Of a stretch of 64,000 nucleotides of DNA, positions 11,733 to 26,051 are shown piece by piece; positions within the stretch are counted from its first letter, which is position 1; every line of letters starts with the position of its first letter. The notes beneath the pieces are model-generated. The model was not told the origin of the DNA, made no database searches, and saw only the letters and a program-made list of their open reading frames with translations. The position numbers and the translations under genes were made by a program. The DNA comes from Eledone cirrhosa. Lineage: Eukaryota. The stretch lies in the NCBI GenBank assembly GCA_964016885.1, contig OZ024741.1:54126001-54190000 (forward strand), written 5' to 3'.

Positions 11733-13646
11733 ATGGCGGAGCCACGCCCCCTAGAGGCGGGTTTGCTGTCGTGCAACGGCGACTTGAGCGTTGAGAGGAG
11801 AGGTGGGGCGAGGAGCGCCACCAGCACGAGTGTGAGCAGCGACAGTGCCAGCACCAACGGGCCGAGCGGCGCGGAAGGTGGTAACAGCGACAACACCAAC
11901 ACCAACAAGCCGAACAGCGCAGAAGGTGGTAATAGCGAGAGCACCAACAAAACGAACAGCACAGAGAGTAATATTAGCGACAGCAGCAGCACCAACAAGG
12001 CCAACAGCACAGTGGGTAACCGCGACACAGGGGAGAACAACAACAGCAATAGCAGCAGCAACACCAACAAGAACAACAACAGTGACAACACCAACAAGAA
12101 CACCTTCGCTGCTGTGGCAGCGGCTAAAAGGAGACCATGCTACAGCATCGACTTAACCAACAGAGAGGAAAAGTTGGCCCAGGCCTGGAAAATCATAAAT
12201 CAAGAGCAGACCTGGGCAAACTTAACTGTCCCGGCAGAAGCCATTGAGGCAGTGGAAAAAAGAACGGTGCATTTCAGATGCATCTCAGTAGAGACAAAGA
12301 GGGCAGCGATAATCGCCCAAGCTGATATAGAAGCCGCACTGAAATACATCAGAGAGGACACAGACTTCATAGAGAGGGGCAGGCAATACGGCACAGTTTC
12401 GGTGCTGTTCAAGTCTGAAGCCCTCGCTGTGAAGCATTCAATGACCCCTTTCAAAACCAGCAAGGTCATAATGTACCCCTCCCACATGGGAAAACGAATA
12501 GCACGTGTGCGCATTCCCAGGATTCCACCAGGACTTGATATGTGGTGGCTCCTGGGTTGCGTAATCGTGGAAGGAACGGATACAGTCCCGGTAGAGGCAA
12601 CGAGAACTGCCAGGGACGACTGGTCCGGGGTTGATCTGGAGATACTGCTCCAAATCAGACCCGAAAACGTAAAAGCAATCCCGGACCACATCCGCCTCCA
12701 AAACGGGAGGGTGTTGCATATAATGACTGAGGGCAAAAGGCCGCATTGTTTCCTTTGTGGGGAAACGACACACTTGCGAGCCTTCTGCCCTCAACTGCCG
12801 AAAAGCGCAAGGGGTCGAAAGATTCCACTGCTGGCGACGCCGGGACAAGGACCACCAGCAACACCGTCAACAATGGAACCACCAAAATTGCACACCCAGG
12901 GGGGAAACGAGGAAAGCTCTCCCATTCCCCCTCCCCCCCAAAATACACACACGAACAAGAACATAAACACTCACTCAGACACAAACACGCTCACAGCCAC
13001 AGACCCCTCATCCTCCAGCAGTGAAGATGAGGGAAAACCAAAGTCCCCCAAAATACAAAAAACAAAACACAAAAAAAAAAAAAGAAATCCACAAAGCACA
13101 AACACCCCCACAAAAAAAAATACACACACCACCCACACAAACATTTTCCCCACAGCATCACCAACACAACCACCAAAATCCCCCAAACGCAAACAAGCTA
13201 AACAGACACAAGAACAAATAGACACACAAACATCAGAAACTACAGACACCCCACCCACAACAAACGCAGACACAATAGAAACAACACTAACAAAGCTATC
13301 ACCACCACAATCACACGAACAAATAAAACCCGAGCAACAAAACATTAAAAACTTCGTGCTTGCCAGAAGGGCCAACAAGGAATTGATGGCCCATGTAGCA
13401 CGAAGCACAAACATCGAAAAAGACGGGGAAACATTTGAAGCGAGCACATTTCGCGTACCAGATAATTTGCTTCTGATGCGAATGTCGCTCGCTTCATACA
13501 AAGAAATTCGAAAGAGCTTTCCTCGGGATGTGGGAACCCCGAACGTAAAACCCACGTCAAGACTATTAAAGGGGTTCCCAAAAGAAACCCCACAAACCAT
13601 GGAGGTCGAACCACCCGACCTTCACAAGACCCCGGAAGGTAAGTAA
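11733..13646 (+). CDS. LINE ORF1p nucleic-acid-binding protein (CCHC zinc knuckle)
   Basis: Uninterrupted 637 aa; CFLCGETTHLRAFC; low-complexity N and C regions. Confidence 0.9.
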   Translation: MAEPRPLEAGLLSCNGDLSVERRGGARSATSTSVSSDSASTNGPSGAEGGNSDNTNTNKPNSAEGGNSESTNKTNSTESNISDSSSTNKANSTVGNRDTGENNNSNSSSNTNKNNNSDNTNKNTFAAVAAAKRRPCYSIDLTNREEKLAQAWKIINQEQTWANLTVPAEAIEAVEKRTVHFRCISVETKRAAIIAQADIEAALKYIREDTDFIERGRQYGTVSVLFKSEALAVKHSMTPFKTSKVIMYPSHMGKRIARVRIPRIPPGLDMWWLLGCVIVEGTDTVPVEATRTARDDWSGVDLEILLQIRPENVKAIPDHIRLQNGRVLHIMTEGKRPHCFLCGETTHLRAFCPQLPKSARGRKIPLLATPGQGPPATPSTMEPPKLHTQGGNEESSPIPPPPQNTHTNKNINTHSDTNTLTATDPSSSSSEDEGKPKSPKIQKTKHKKKKRNPQSTNTPTKKNTHTTHTNIFPTASPTQPPKSPKRKQAKQTQEQIDTQTSETTDTPPTTNADTIETTLTKLSPPQSHEQIKPEQQNIKNFVLARRANKELMAHVARSTNIEKDGETFEASTFRVPDNLLLMRMSLASYKEIRKSFPRDVGTPNVKPTSRLLKGFPKETPQTMEVEPPDLHKTPEGK

Positions 13647-13675
13647 ACCTTTCCTCCACCATTCATCCTGCCAGC

Positions 13676-16600
13676 ATGGCCATAAGAGTAGGAAGTTTAA
13701 ATGTTCGTGGCCTGGGGTCGCCCTGGAAGCAAGGTCACTTGCTCAACGACCTCAGGTCACTAGGAATGGATGTAATTGCCATCAGCGAGACCAGAATTTC
13801 CGACACACGCGCACTGGCGCCGATTTTCGACGATTATCAGATCTTTGCATCTGTTAGTCGGCCGGGAATGGGAGGTGGAGTGGCTGTGCTGTTTAGGAAA
13901 TGTCTGGATCTCGAGGTAAGGTCAATCTTCCGGGATCCTGACGGAAAGTTGGTGGTCCTGGACGTGAGCAATAGCGAAGGTGGTGCCTTTAGACTGGTGG
14001 CCGTCTACGCCCCTACTGGGGCCGGTCGGCCGGACTTCTTTAGGCGCCTGGAAAACTTTCTGCTTACGTCTCGCCCTTTACTGTTAATAGGGGATTGGAA
14101 TGGCATCTTAGAAGCACGCTGGGATTGTGTGGGAGTATCTGATAGGAGCGGGGGGTGCAAAAGCCTCAAGTACCTGATCAGCCAGTTTCAACTGTCTGAC
14201 AGGTACCGACTAGATTTCCCTAATGCGCCAGTATGGACCTGGACCAATCGCATAGGGTCATCTAGATCGTACATAGATAGGATTTTCATTAGGAAAAGAG
14301 ATAGAAATAGTGTAGGATGTCCACATTTTAAAACGGTTGCCTATTCAGATCACAAGCTTGTGATCTGTATGGTCGACCTAGATAAGACACGTAGGTTAGG
14401 ACCCAGCTACTGGAAGCTAAACATGTCGTTTCCGGCACGTAAAGCTTACAGGGACCGGGTCAACAACTTAGTTAAGCAAAAGTTGACAGGGGGGGTTGTC
14501 AACAACAGGTGGTGGGGGGCACTCAAAAGAGAGATTAGAGCAACCTCGATAGGATTTAGCAAAGAAGTAGCAATAGAGAAAAATAGAAAGGAGGAGGGGC
14601 TGATAGCTAAGTTAGACGAGGCTATTTGTAGTGGCATTGCAACAGACGTGCTAGCGGCGAGAATGGCACTAGACCATTTCTTCAATGCGAAACACGAAGG
14701 TTGCATTGTCAGAGCTAAGGCGCGTGCTCTGAGGAACGAGGGAACCAAAGCTGCCCGATGGGCTCGCTTTGCAGAGACGCAGCGTGGAAATAAAACCACA
14801 ATTCGGTCTTTGACGGATCGAGATGGACACGAACTGAGCGATTCCAAGCAGATGTGTGAGGCCTTTCGCCAGCACTTTGCTCGATTGTTCGGGAGGATGG
14901 GTGAGTCGGAGACGGCGGCGGACTTCAGTCCCTACCTCGACGGCTTGCCACGCCTCTCGACGGCCGACGCTGAGCGCTGCGAAGAGCCGATAACATCAGC
15001 CGAAATTCAGGACGCCCTTGTCGGCTGCTCGAGTCGCAAGTCACCCGGTTTGGATGGTCTGCCCTACGAGCTTTACGTAAATATGCCAGACTTGTTCTCC
15101 GATCTCCTCGAAGCGCTCTACTGCAACTGGCAGCAGAACGGGAGCATTCCCAGTTCTGTGAGCCGTGGCGTAGTGACGCTGATAAGGAAAGACGAGAACA
15201 AGAGGGACACACTAGATAATTTCAGGCCCATAACCCTGCTCAACACAGAGTTTAAGATTTTGGCCAAGGTGTTAGCGAAAAGGTTGGCGCTTGTCGTCAA
15301 AGATTTGGTTGGGGAGGCGCAAACTTGCGCAATCCCGACCAGGTCCATACACGACAACCTCCACCTCATGCGATACATCATAGAGAGGGTTGGGTGCAAA
15401 CCTGGCTTCGGTGGGGCTCTGATCAATTTAGATCAATCGAAAGCATTCGATAGGGTCGACCATCGGTACTTGGAGGCTGTCCTCGAGGCGGCTGGCTTCG
15501 GCCCCGTCTTCAGAAGCTGGATCGCTGCAATGTACAGCGGCATCCGCTCGGTGGTCAAAGTTAATGGCCACCTCTCGGAACCGTTTCAGATCTCTCGATC
15601 GGTCCGTCAAGGGTGCCCTCTCTCCTCACTTCTGTACGTATTGACTCTTGAGCCTCTACTGCGGAAGCTGGAGTTGTTGCAGGGCATCCCGCTCGAACCG
15701 GGACGTAGAAAGGCTGCGTCCGCTTATGCGGACGACATCACCGTGATGGTGTCGGACACCTCGGAAATCGAGGTGATCCGCACCCATTTGGAGGAATATG
15801 AAAGGTTGACGGGAGCAAAACTTAACCCGGAAAAGTCGGTGGGCTTGCAGCTCGGCACCTGGAGAGGCAAGTCCATGCCGTCCAACAGCGTCGTTGGGCG
15901 CTGGACAGACGGACCGGTAAAGTTGCTCGGGGTTTGGTTCGGACCAGACCTCCAGGTGGATAAGAATTGGGACGAGGTGACGAGCAGGATAGCCAACCTC
16001 ACCCAGAAATGGGCTGAGAGAAAGCTATCACTGAAAGGGCGGGCGGAGGTGGCGAACGCGTACATCGCGTCCGTCATCTACTACCGCCTGACCGTCGTGC
16101 CTTGCCCCCGTCCACGCCTCGCCAATTTGGAACGGCTCCTTTTCAAATTTTTGTGGAGGGGACGGGTCCCGTTGGTGAGGCGGTCCATCTGCTGCCAGCA
16201 CCCTCTTCGTGGAGGGCTGGGCATGCCGTGGCTAATGATGCGCAGACATGCGCTGAGGCTGCGACATCTCCAGATATTTTGCCTAAACGGTGAACAGGTG
16301 TGGTCGCCGTTTGTTAGACGGGCCTTTCCGCAGCTCATCTCTTTGACTGAGCTGCAGTCCTGGGTCAAGAAGAGACCGAGACTGGGCGACTGGCATCTGG
16401 AATGTTGCCAGGCGCTCACTGCACTCTGCAAGGTGGGCAATGCGGTCAGTGGAACTTCCACTCAAGATTTCTATAGAGGATTAGTGGAGGGCAAGTGCGA
16501 TGACGTACTAGGAGAGGCTCTGGGCGTCAACGAAGTAGAACTGACCAGTATGTTCCGGAGGACTTTCGAGCCGGGGACGATGGATAACTTCCAGAAATCC

Positions 16601-17095
16601 CTCGCTTGGCAGTGCTACCGGGGGGCGCTGCCGGTTCGGGATAAACTCTACAGGCACGGAAGTGCTGTCAGACGAACCTGCCCGAGATGCGCGCAGAGCG
16701 ACGAAACCGTTCTGCACGCACTCGTCCAGTGTCCGTGCATTGCTGACTTGTGGGGTTATGTCGAACAGCTATTGTCGCGTGTAGAACGGATCCGGCTATC
16801 GTCCGAGTCCATAGTGAAGATTGACCCGCCGCCTTCTTTTGGTCAGGAAGGGCAGGCAATTTTCCTCTGCCTGGTGGCAGTAGCGAAAGAGGTTGCATGG
16901 TGGACCAGGTTGAAAGGACTGAAGACAGACACTTTTCTCTTCGGCCAATCCCTCATCAACTTCTTCAAGTTTCACTTGGAAAGGAAGGTGAGGGTGGAGA
17001 GAGAAGTGCTGCCCCCCAGTACATTTACTGAAAGGTGGGTGAATGTGGCGAGAATGGCCCGCGTGAGTGGGCCTACTCTGATCATGCGCCTGTAG
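13676..17095 (+). CDS. LINE ORF2p: APE endonuclease, reverse transcriptase and Zn finger (Tx1-like)
   Basis: Uninterrupted 1139 aa; SLNVRGL, GDWN, SDHK, YWKLN, SPGLDGLPYE, QGCPLS, YADD, CPRC..ETVLHALVQC. Confidence 0.96.
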   Translation: MAIRVGSLNVRGLGSPWKQGHLLNDLRSLGMDVIAISETRISDTRALAPIFDDYQIFASVSRPGMGGGVAVLFRKCLDLEVRSIFRDPDGKLVVLDVSNSEGGAFRLVAVYAPTGAGRPDFFRRLENFLLTSRPLLLIGDWNGILEARWDCVGVSDRSGGCKSLKYLISQFQLSDRYRLDFPNAPVWTWTNRIGSSRSYIDRIFIRKRDRNSVGCPHFKTVAYSDHKLVICMVDLDKTRRLGPSYWKLNMSFPARKAYRDRVNNLVKQKLTGGVVNNRWWGALKREIRATSIGFSKEVAIEKNRKEEGLIAKLDEAICSGIATDVLAARMALDHFFNAKHEGCIVRAKARALRNEGTKAARWARFAETQRGNKTTIRSLTDRDGHELSDSKQMCEAFRQHFARLFGRMGESETAADFSPYLDGLPRLSTADAERCEEPITSAEIQDALVGCSSRKSPGLDGLPYELYVNMPDLFSDLLEALYCNWQQNGSIPSSVSRGVVTLIRKDENKRDTLDNFRPITLLNTEFKILAKVLAKRLALVVKDLVGEAQTCAIPTRSIHDNLHLMRYIIERVGCKPGFGGALINLDQSKAFDRVDHRYLEAVLEAAGFGPVFRSWIAAMYSGIRSVVKVNGHLSEPFQISRSVRQGCPLSSLLYVLTLEPLLRKLELLQGIPLEPGRRKAASAYADDITVMVSDTSEIEVIRTHLEEYERLTGAKLNPEKSVGLQLGTWRGKSMPSNSVVGRWTDGPVKLLGVWFGPDLQVDKNWDEVTSRIANLTQKWAERKLSLKGRAEVANAYIASVIYYRLTVVPCPRPRLANLERLLFKFLWRGRVPLVRRSICCQHPLRGGLGMPWLMMRRHALRLRHLQIFCLNGEQVWSPFVRRAFPQLISLTELQSWVKKRPRLGDWHLECCQALTALCKVGNAVSGTSTQDFYRGLVEGKCDDVLGEALGVNEVELTSMFRRTFEPGTMDNFQKSLAWQCYRGALPVRDKLYRHGSAVRRTCPRCAQSDETVLHALVQCPCIADLWGYVEQLLSRVERIRLSSESIVKIDPPPSFGQEGQAIFLCLVAVAKEVAWWTRLKGLKTDTFLFGQSLINFFKFHLERKVRVEREVLPPSTFTERWVNVARMARVSGPTLIMRL

Positions 17096-17348
17096 GCTGG
17101 TGAATTCGAGAAGGAGAGGGGTGCCCTTCCCGGGTGCCCTAGGAGCGTCGGGTAGCTCAGGACTGGTGGGGTGCTTGAGTCAACCCTGGGTGGTGATCCC
17201 TCTTATTGGGGAACTTTCATTGTTGTATTTTTATTGTTATTTTGTTTTTTTGTTATTTATACTTACTCGATCTCTATGTAAACCCCCACTGTCCCTGTCT
17301 ATTGTGTTGTCCCCTATATGTCGGCCCTTGTGGCCAATAAATGAAATC

Positions 17349-17395
17349 ATTATTATTATTATTAGTAGTAGTAGTAGTAGTAGTAGTAGTAGCAA

Positions 17396-17460
<65 letters not shown>

Positions 17461-17570
17461 ATAGCAGCAGCAGCAGCAGCAGCAGTAGCAACAGCAATAG
17501 TAGTAGTAGTAGTAGTAATACGGACAACAGAGTTAGTTTCAGTGGTAGTGGTAGTGGTGGTAGCAGTGAC
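17349..17570. repeat. (ATT)n followed by (AGT)n/(AGC)n microsatellite
   Basis: Visible directly. Confidence 0.95.
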
Positions 17571-17641
17571 ATCAAGTGAACGAACGGTGTCATCAACGTC
17601 ACAACCTGATATTGTTGCTACGTGGTATTGATGACACAATT

Positions 17642-18105
17642 ACATGCATTGAAACGAAGTGTCGTTCCAACTGCTAGAAACAGCAGTCAAATCACTGTTT
17701 TACTACATGTATATATTGTAATGAAGTGTCCTATGTGTAGTCGTTCCAACTGCTAGAAACAACAGTCAAATCAGTTTTACTACATGTATGTATTGAAACG
17801 AAGTGTCCTATTTGTAGTCGTTCCAACTGCTAGAAACAACAGTCAAATTACTGTTTTACTACATGTATATATTGAAACGAAGTGTCCTATGTGTAGTCGT
17901 TCCAACTGCTAGAAACAGCAGTCAAAATCACCGTTTTACTATATGTATGTATTGAAACGAAGTGTCCTATTTGTAGCCGTTCCAACTGCTAGAAACAACA
18001 GTCGAATCACTGTTTTACAACATGTATATATTGAAATGAAGTGTCCTATGTGTAGTCGTTGCAACTGCTAGAAACAGCAATCAAAATCTTCGTTTTACTA
18101 CATGT
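17642..18105. repeat. ~79-bp tandem minisatellite, about 6 units
   Basis: caactgctagaaac recurs about every 78-80 bp. Confidence 0.92.
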
Positions 18106-18457
18106 ATGTATGTATGTATGTATGTATGTATGTGTGTATGGATGGATGGATAGATGGTTTGAGACGCAACACCTGATGGAGTTGCAGGGTTGCCATATAG
18201 ATGTACGACCAGTCTTATGCATTTTAAAACTGGTAGAACCCATCTACATTTGATGTTTGAACACAGCCACACAGCCAATTTATTCCAGTGATAGAGTGCA
18301 ATAGAACGGAAATGAGGAAGATATAGAGCGGAAGAATCGACACAAGTACAGTTGTTTTTATCGACCTTGCAACGATTAGGGGCAACTTATATTACATAAC
18401 AATGTCTAAAAATCAAAGGAAAAGACAAGGGCAGATTCTTTAGATAATATGATCCTT

Positions 18458-20381
<1,924 letters not shown>

Positions 20382-20385
<4 letters not shown>

Positions 20386-20451
20386 CTCTGTCGTGTGGCA
20401 GTAGCGAAAGAGGTTGTATGGTAGACGAGGTTGAAAGGACTGAAGACAGAC
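20382..20451 (+). mobile_element. ~70-bp internal fragment of Tx1 copy-B-type ORF2
   Basis: Matches ~16860-16931. Confidence 0.85.
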
Positions 20452-20499
<48 letters not shown>

Positions 20500-20505
20500 G
20501 TATGT

Positions 20506-20622
<117 letters not shown>

Positions 20623-21420
20623 TATGGATGTGCACGTATGTGGCTGAGGCGGGGGAGAAATATATAAATATTTGCTATATATTTACATACAATTAACATA
20701 TAGCTAACCCCGCTATCAAAGGAAAATATGTCTTCGTAACGAAAATATTTTTTTTTTTTCTATTTTCCTCTGAAAATATTACAGAGCTGCCGGGAGGTTT
20801 GAGTATGTCAGCTAGTGCTGTTTCAAAATGTGTTAATTGTGAAAACCGTGGATTAATATAGTTTCTATTTGCCTCTCTGAATATATCACAGATTTACCAG
20901 TGCTCACTATAGAGAACTAATTTGAATAATTGTCTTTCTGGTTGTCTGGTCAGAACTAATAGAATCTCATCTTATATATATATATATATATATATATATT
21001 ATGAAGAGAGAAGAAACATTTAGATATAATTAGTAATAAGATGTATCATACCTAAACTGCTTCTAGATTCCTCGACTACGTAGTTTCGTGGCATAAACAA
21101 AAACAATACATCATAGAGATATAGAGCCTTTGCGAGGTCTGCCGACTTATCAAGAGGATACCTCGTTTTACTAGCCTCAAGAACACGTCTATATGATGTG
21201 AGAAAGAATCCCAAAAGGCGGAGGGGGAGACAGTCACGTGATACAACGGTCAAGAAACAGAGCTAAGCCCCTTATAACCCCGAAAAAAATACCACGGAGG
21301 CGGAGGGGGAATTTATATCGAAGCCGTAGAAGAGGTGGTTAAGGCGGCGAGAAGTATGAGTAATGGCAGCTTTCCAGCAGTCACTACACTTCAAAGATTA
21401 CTCGACCAGAGGGAGTTATG

Positions 21421-21583
21421 AACAATATATTGAGAAACACACAGATACATGCGGACACACACATATACATGAATATATCCACATCCATCCTTGAGTTAAT
21501 GGTGCCATTAACTCAAGGATGGATGTGGATATATTCATGTATATGTGTGTGTCCGCATGTATCTGTGTGTTTCTCAATATATT

Positions 21584-21585
<2 letters not shown>
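21421..21585. repeat. Near-perfect palindrome, ~82-bp arms, next to (AT)n
   Basis: aacaatatattgag...ttaatgg tg ccattaa...ctcaatatattgtt. Confidence 0.93.
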
Positions 21586-21648
<63 letters not shown>

Positions 21649-21800
21649 ATTGTATTAGCTATGGCATTGCTACGGCATTGTGATAACGCGTAGATATCTC
21701 AGTTGTTAATGTTTAACTGTGTTGACTGTCACAGTCACTCTCATAGCCGACGCGGACTGGAATCAAATTCTGTCGATTGATTGGTTATTGATTAGGCGAA

Positions 21801-21919
21801 ACCCGCTGATGAAGCTACATGCGCCCATTTGGCACTGTTCATAATAAATGCAGATATTAGATTCTGTGCACTCTATTGCTGCATTCAGTGTGGCTGAAAC
21901 CCGAGTACGGGTATAGGGT
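21801..21919 (+). ncRNA. Type I hammerhead ribozyme motif with long stem II insert
   Basis: acccg CTGATGA agctacat...gtgtggct GAAA cccg agta cgg GTA tagggt. Confidence 0.7.
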
Positions 21920-22032
21920 CAAGGTACCCATTTACGTGTGTTGCATTGAAGCCAATAACTATGTGTCTACGTATTGAGTAGGCGGAGATGCAACTGGTAC
22001 TAACAGTGAAATCCATGCTAATCCCGTGAACT

Positions 22033-22124
<92 letters not shown>

Positions 22125-22477
22125 TCAAACAACTTCGATGGGAAGATTTTAAAAGATTTCTCCAGGAAAGTTAACGAGGAATCCTCCCACAGATGTTAAC
22201 AAGAAACTTACTAGATCTACCAAGTCATAATATTGTAAAATTAAATCAAATTGTTTAGAACTACAAGTGAGATCGTTCTTTATCTTTTTTAAAATATACC
22301 TAACTGTACCAAGGATTTCACATATTTTCCAATATATATATATGTATATAGTTGTAGGATGCAACACTGATTCATCGTTCTTTATAATATATATATAAGA
22401 TGAGATATTTTTACTCATGACCAGACGACCAGAAAGACCATTATTCAAATCGGTTCTCTCTCTCTCGCTCTTTCAAC

Positions 22478-22596
<119 letters not shown>

Positions 22597-23198
22597 AACC
22601 TAATAAACTATCATTTGTACTGTCTCTCTGTATTTTTATCCTGTCTAATATTTAACTATATATATAACGGGAACGTACAATCAAACATTTACAAATACCT
22701 GTCTCTCTAAAGAGTTACCTCCCTCACACCCTACCTAATCCTTTTTCTTAAATAAATTAAATATCATCCACCATGAATTACCTCCCCCTGCTTATTAACT
22801 CTCTAAAAATGGAAATCATATCAAACCCCAGTCCACCATTTGCCTCCATCATGGATCCACTAAGCACTCTTGCTATATTAACACATTTTGATCTGCTTAT
22901 CTTCAAGAACTATGCCTGTAAATAACATTTTTCTGCACCATGTCTTTAACATGTCCAACACCACCATTCTACACCAATACATATTATTATCATTTGATAA
23001 TGCATAAAAATGCTGAAACCGATAATAAACAATTATTTGCCATTGTTAATTAATAAATAAATCAACTAATACCTTAACACTTCACACAAAGTAAAATATT
23101 TCGTTTTAATCATTTTCTAACCCAGAAAAAAGGGAGAAATAAATAAAAAGGGAAAAAAAAATGTTTTTCTTCCTAATAATCGTCTTTTTTCTCCCTGT

Positions 23199-23279
<81 letters not shown>

Positions 23280-23764
23280 GGGGGATTGAACTATCTTCCG
23301 CTAATAAGACACATACTTTCTCCACGGCGGGGAACATCATAATTAGTCTAGTTTTACCATCAAAATTGTTGAAATTGTGTTCATATATCTATAAAACATA
23401 TAAAGCTTCGCAATTAACTGAGTTGGCGAGATATGTGCCTTCTGGTACACCTGAGACGCGATATAAGTAAATATACGATAGCTTAGTATTTAGCGTGCCA
23501 TTCGCTACAGAGCTATCTGTTTTGAGTACTACAAATCTCATCAGGCGGTGTGAAATGACTGAATCCACATGTAGCTCATAGTTACAAGGGTTGATCAAAC
23601 CGGCTTAAGAGGAAAATTATCTAAGTGTAACTGTTCATATTGGAATTGACCGCTTATGAACATACATTCTCAATAATATAACACGAAAATACTCCACAGG
23701 GTACGCTATAATTAGTCTTAGAAACCTATACATACATGCATACAGGCATACATACATACATACT

Positions 23765-23805
<41 letters not shown>

Positions 23806-24188
23806 ATGTATGTATCTATATATTGGTAGCTTCACTTTCCTTCGGATTACTAGCGGTTTCAAGAGAAAAACACATCTAAATCATCATTTATTGTATAATT
23901 TATGTATACACATTTGAATATATGTTTATCACTCTTCTCCTTTGATATACACATGCACACACTGATACACACAGTCACACATTCTTACGCACACACATGC
24001 ATAAACACATGCACATCTACTCATTAATAACCATATTTATTTATGTATGGTCCGGTAACTCCTAATAGAGTCGTAGGGGCATTTTAAGCCTGGCGGAGCT
24101 CATCCCTCTCCAGAGCTGAGTACAGCTTCCAGAGAAAGATAGAAAATGAGAGAGAGGAAATGAGAAAGAGATATAGAGGAAGAATCGC

Positions 24189-24338
24189 CCCCTGTACTAA
24201 ACTGGTATTTTTTTTATTGACCTCGAAAGGAAGAAAGGCAAAGTTGACCACGAGATTTGAACTCAGAGAGCAGAGGGCCGGAGCAAATACTATAAAGCAT
24301 TCCATCCGACGTTCTAACGACTCTGCCAATTGCCCGCC
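24189..24338 (-). mobile_element. tRNA-derived SINE (family 1-related)
   Basis: Reverse complement has A box, ctgagttcaaat B box and ctttgcctt body. Confidence 0.8.
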
Positions 24339-24462
24339 ATATCCATATAAACTCACTCAAACACACACACACACACCCAACCCGCCTGCACATACAATAA
24401 CACTCTTAGTAAGATACACACATCCACCCCATCTATTCAGCCACCACACCTCTTTCTGCAAT

Positions 24463-24654
24463 GCGGTGGATTGACAGAATCGGTAGAGCATCGGACAACA
24501 TGCTTAGCGGCATAGGGTTACGGTCCTTTACATTCTGAGTTCAAATCTCGCCGAGGTTAACTTTGCCTTTCATGCTTACGAGGTCGATAAAATAAAAAAA
24601 CCAGTAATGCACTGGGATAATTGTTGCCCTTGTGCCAAAAGTAGAAACAATTAT
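24463..24654 (+). mobile_element. tRNA-derived SINE family 1, full length
   Basis: Pol III A/B boxes (gagttcaaatc), conserved body, tail gtgccaaaagtagaaacaatt. Confidence 0.9.
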
Positions 24655-25568
24655 CACTTCATCTCATCCAAAACTTTGATCACAAGCTCTGGATATGTAT
24701 TTGTCTACTCATTTGACACACACACACACACACATACACACACGCACGCACGCACACGCACACACTCATGCATAAAGGCACTCACATAAACACTAATAAT
24801 TGCATGAACTCACTCAAACACACTCACACACTAATAACATCCATACCATCAGCCTCCAACACACACGCACACAGAGAGAGACATAAACATAGGCAAATAC
24901 ATATACATACATATGCACACAACTGTGCATATACATACACCAAAATCACAAACACTCATGTATATACACACATATATACGCACACACAAACTTCCATCAG
25001 TGATACACAGAACACGCTCTCACACACAAAGGAGAAATAAATTCACCGACATACACAGATGAAACGCACTCTAATCTGCACCCCGAACTACTTGCTTGCC
25101 ATCCTCATCCATCCTAAAACCTCCAGTAATTTTCTCAAAATAGATTTTCTTTTCTTGATATAGGGGCTCGAAGAACCAACATCACGCGTTCGGCCAGTTC
25201 CCCTGTATCAAGAAAAGTATATATTTTTCGAGAAAATTACTGAATGTTTTTCAAATTCCAAGATTTTTTTAGGAACATTCAATGTTTTCAAGTTTTTACT
25301 GGTTTTGCCGTTTGAAGAGCTCAGGCTATCATAACTGATAGTCCTCAATGAAATATATAAAATGGAGTTTTAAATAAACCTGAATCAACTGATTATGGCC
25401 TCCGATCTTTTAATATATAATGCTCCGGCTTCCAACATTTATACAAGTCGTTGAGCGCTTCTTTTTATCTGCTTCACATCCGTCAGATCATAATGTTGTC
25501 CTCACAACCCTGTTTGGTTAACCCATATAATCTAACTATCTATCTATCTATCTCACTCCCTCTTTCTC

Positions 25569-25671
<103 letters not shown>

Positions 25672-25964
25672 GCAAGTTTGAAGAATTATTAGATAAAATA
25701 TACACAGTTTTTATTCTCCCTAGCCGTAGAAATCAACCGGGTAAATAATCATTTGAACGAGGCTATAAGTTTAAAGTGTAACTATGAAGAAATAATAGAC
25801 GAATGATACAAACTATTTTCCGCGAGGAATAGTCAGATAAAATGTATCTAGTCATTTCTTTTAGCCCGTAGAAATTAAATAGACAAATAATGAATTAAAC
25901 GGAGCTAGGTCTAAAATATAAGTTAGAAGAAAAAATGCATATAAACTTTACCAAAATTCCTCTA

Positions 25965-26051
25965 GTCCTGACTGTCGACAGTTTCGCTCGCACTTTGTGA
26001 ATATATCCGATCCTGGTATTATCCATGAGGCTTCGAGCTTATCAAGAGACC
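25965..26051 (-). ncRNA. Hammerhead motif with U3-A8 core variant
   Basis: Minus strand: TTGATAA gctcg...cgagc GAAA ctgtcgaca GTC aggac; stem I imperfect. Confidence 0.6.

Larger units (their letters stand above)
11522..17348 (+). mobile_element. Full-length Tx1/L1-clade LINE, copy B, both ORFs intact
   Basis: ~211-nt 5'UTR, 637-aa ORF1, 1139-aa ORF2, AATAAA, (ATT)n on both sides. Confidence 0.95.

Noticed and set aside
5934-16898. Antisense and alternate-frame ORFs inside the LINEs
   Set aside because: Shadow frames of conserved coding sequence with no independent motifs
17642-18105. CRISPR-like periodicity
   Set aside because: No unique spacers, no cas genes, eukaryotic context
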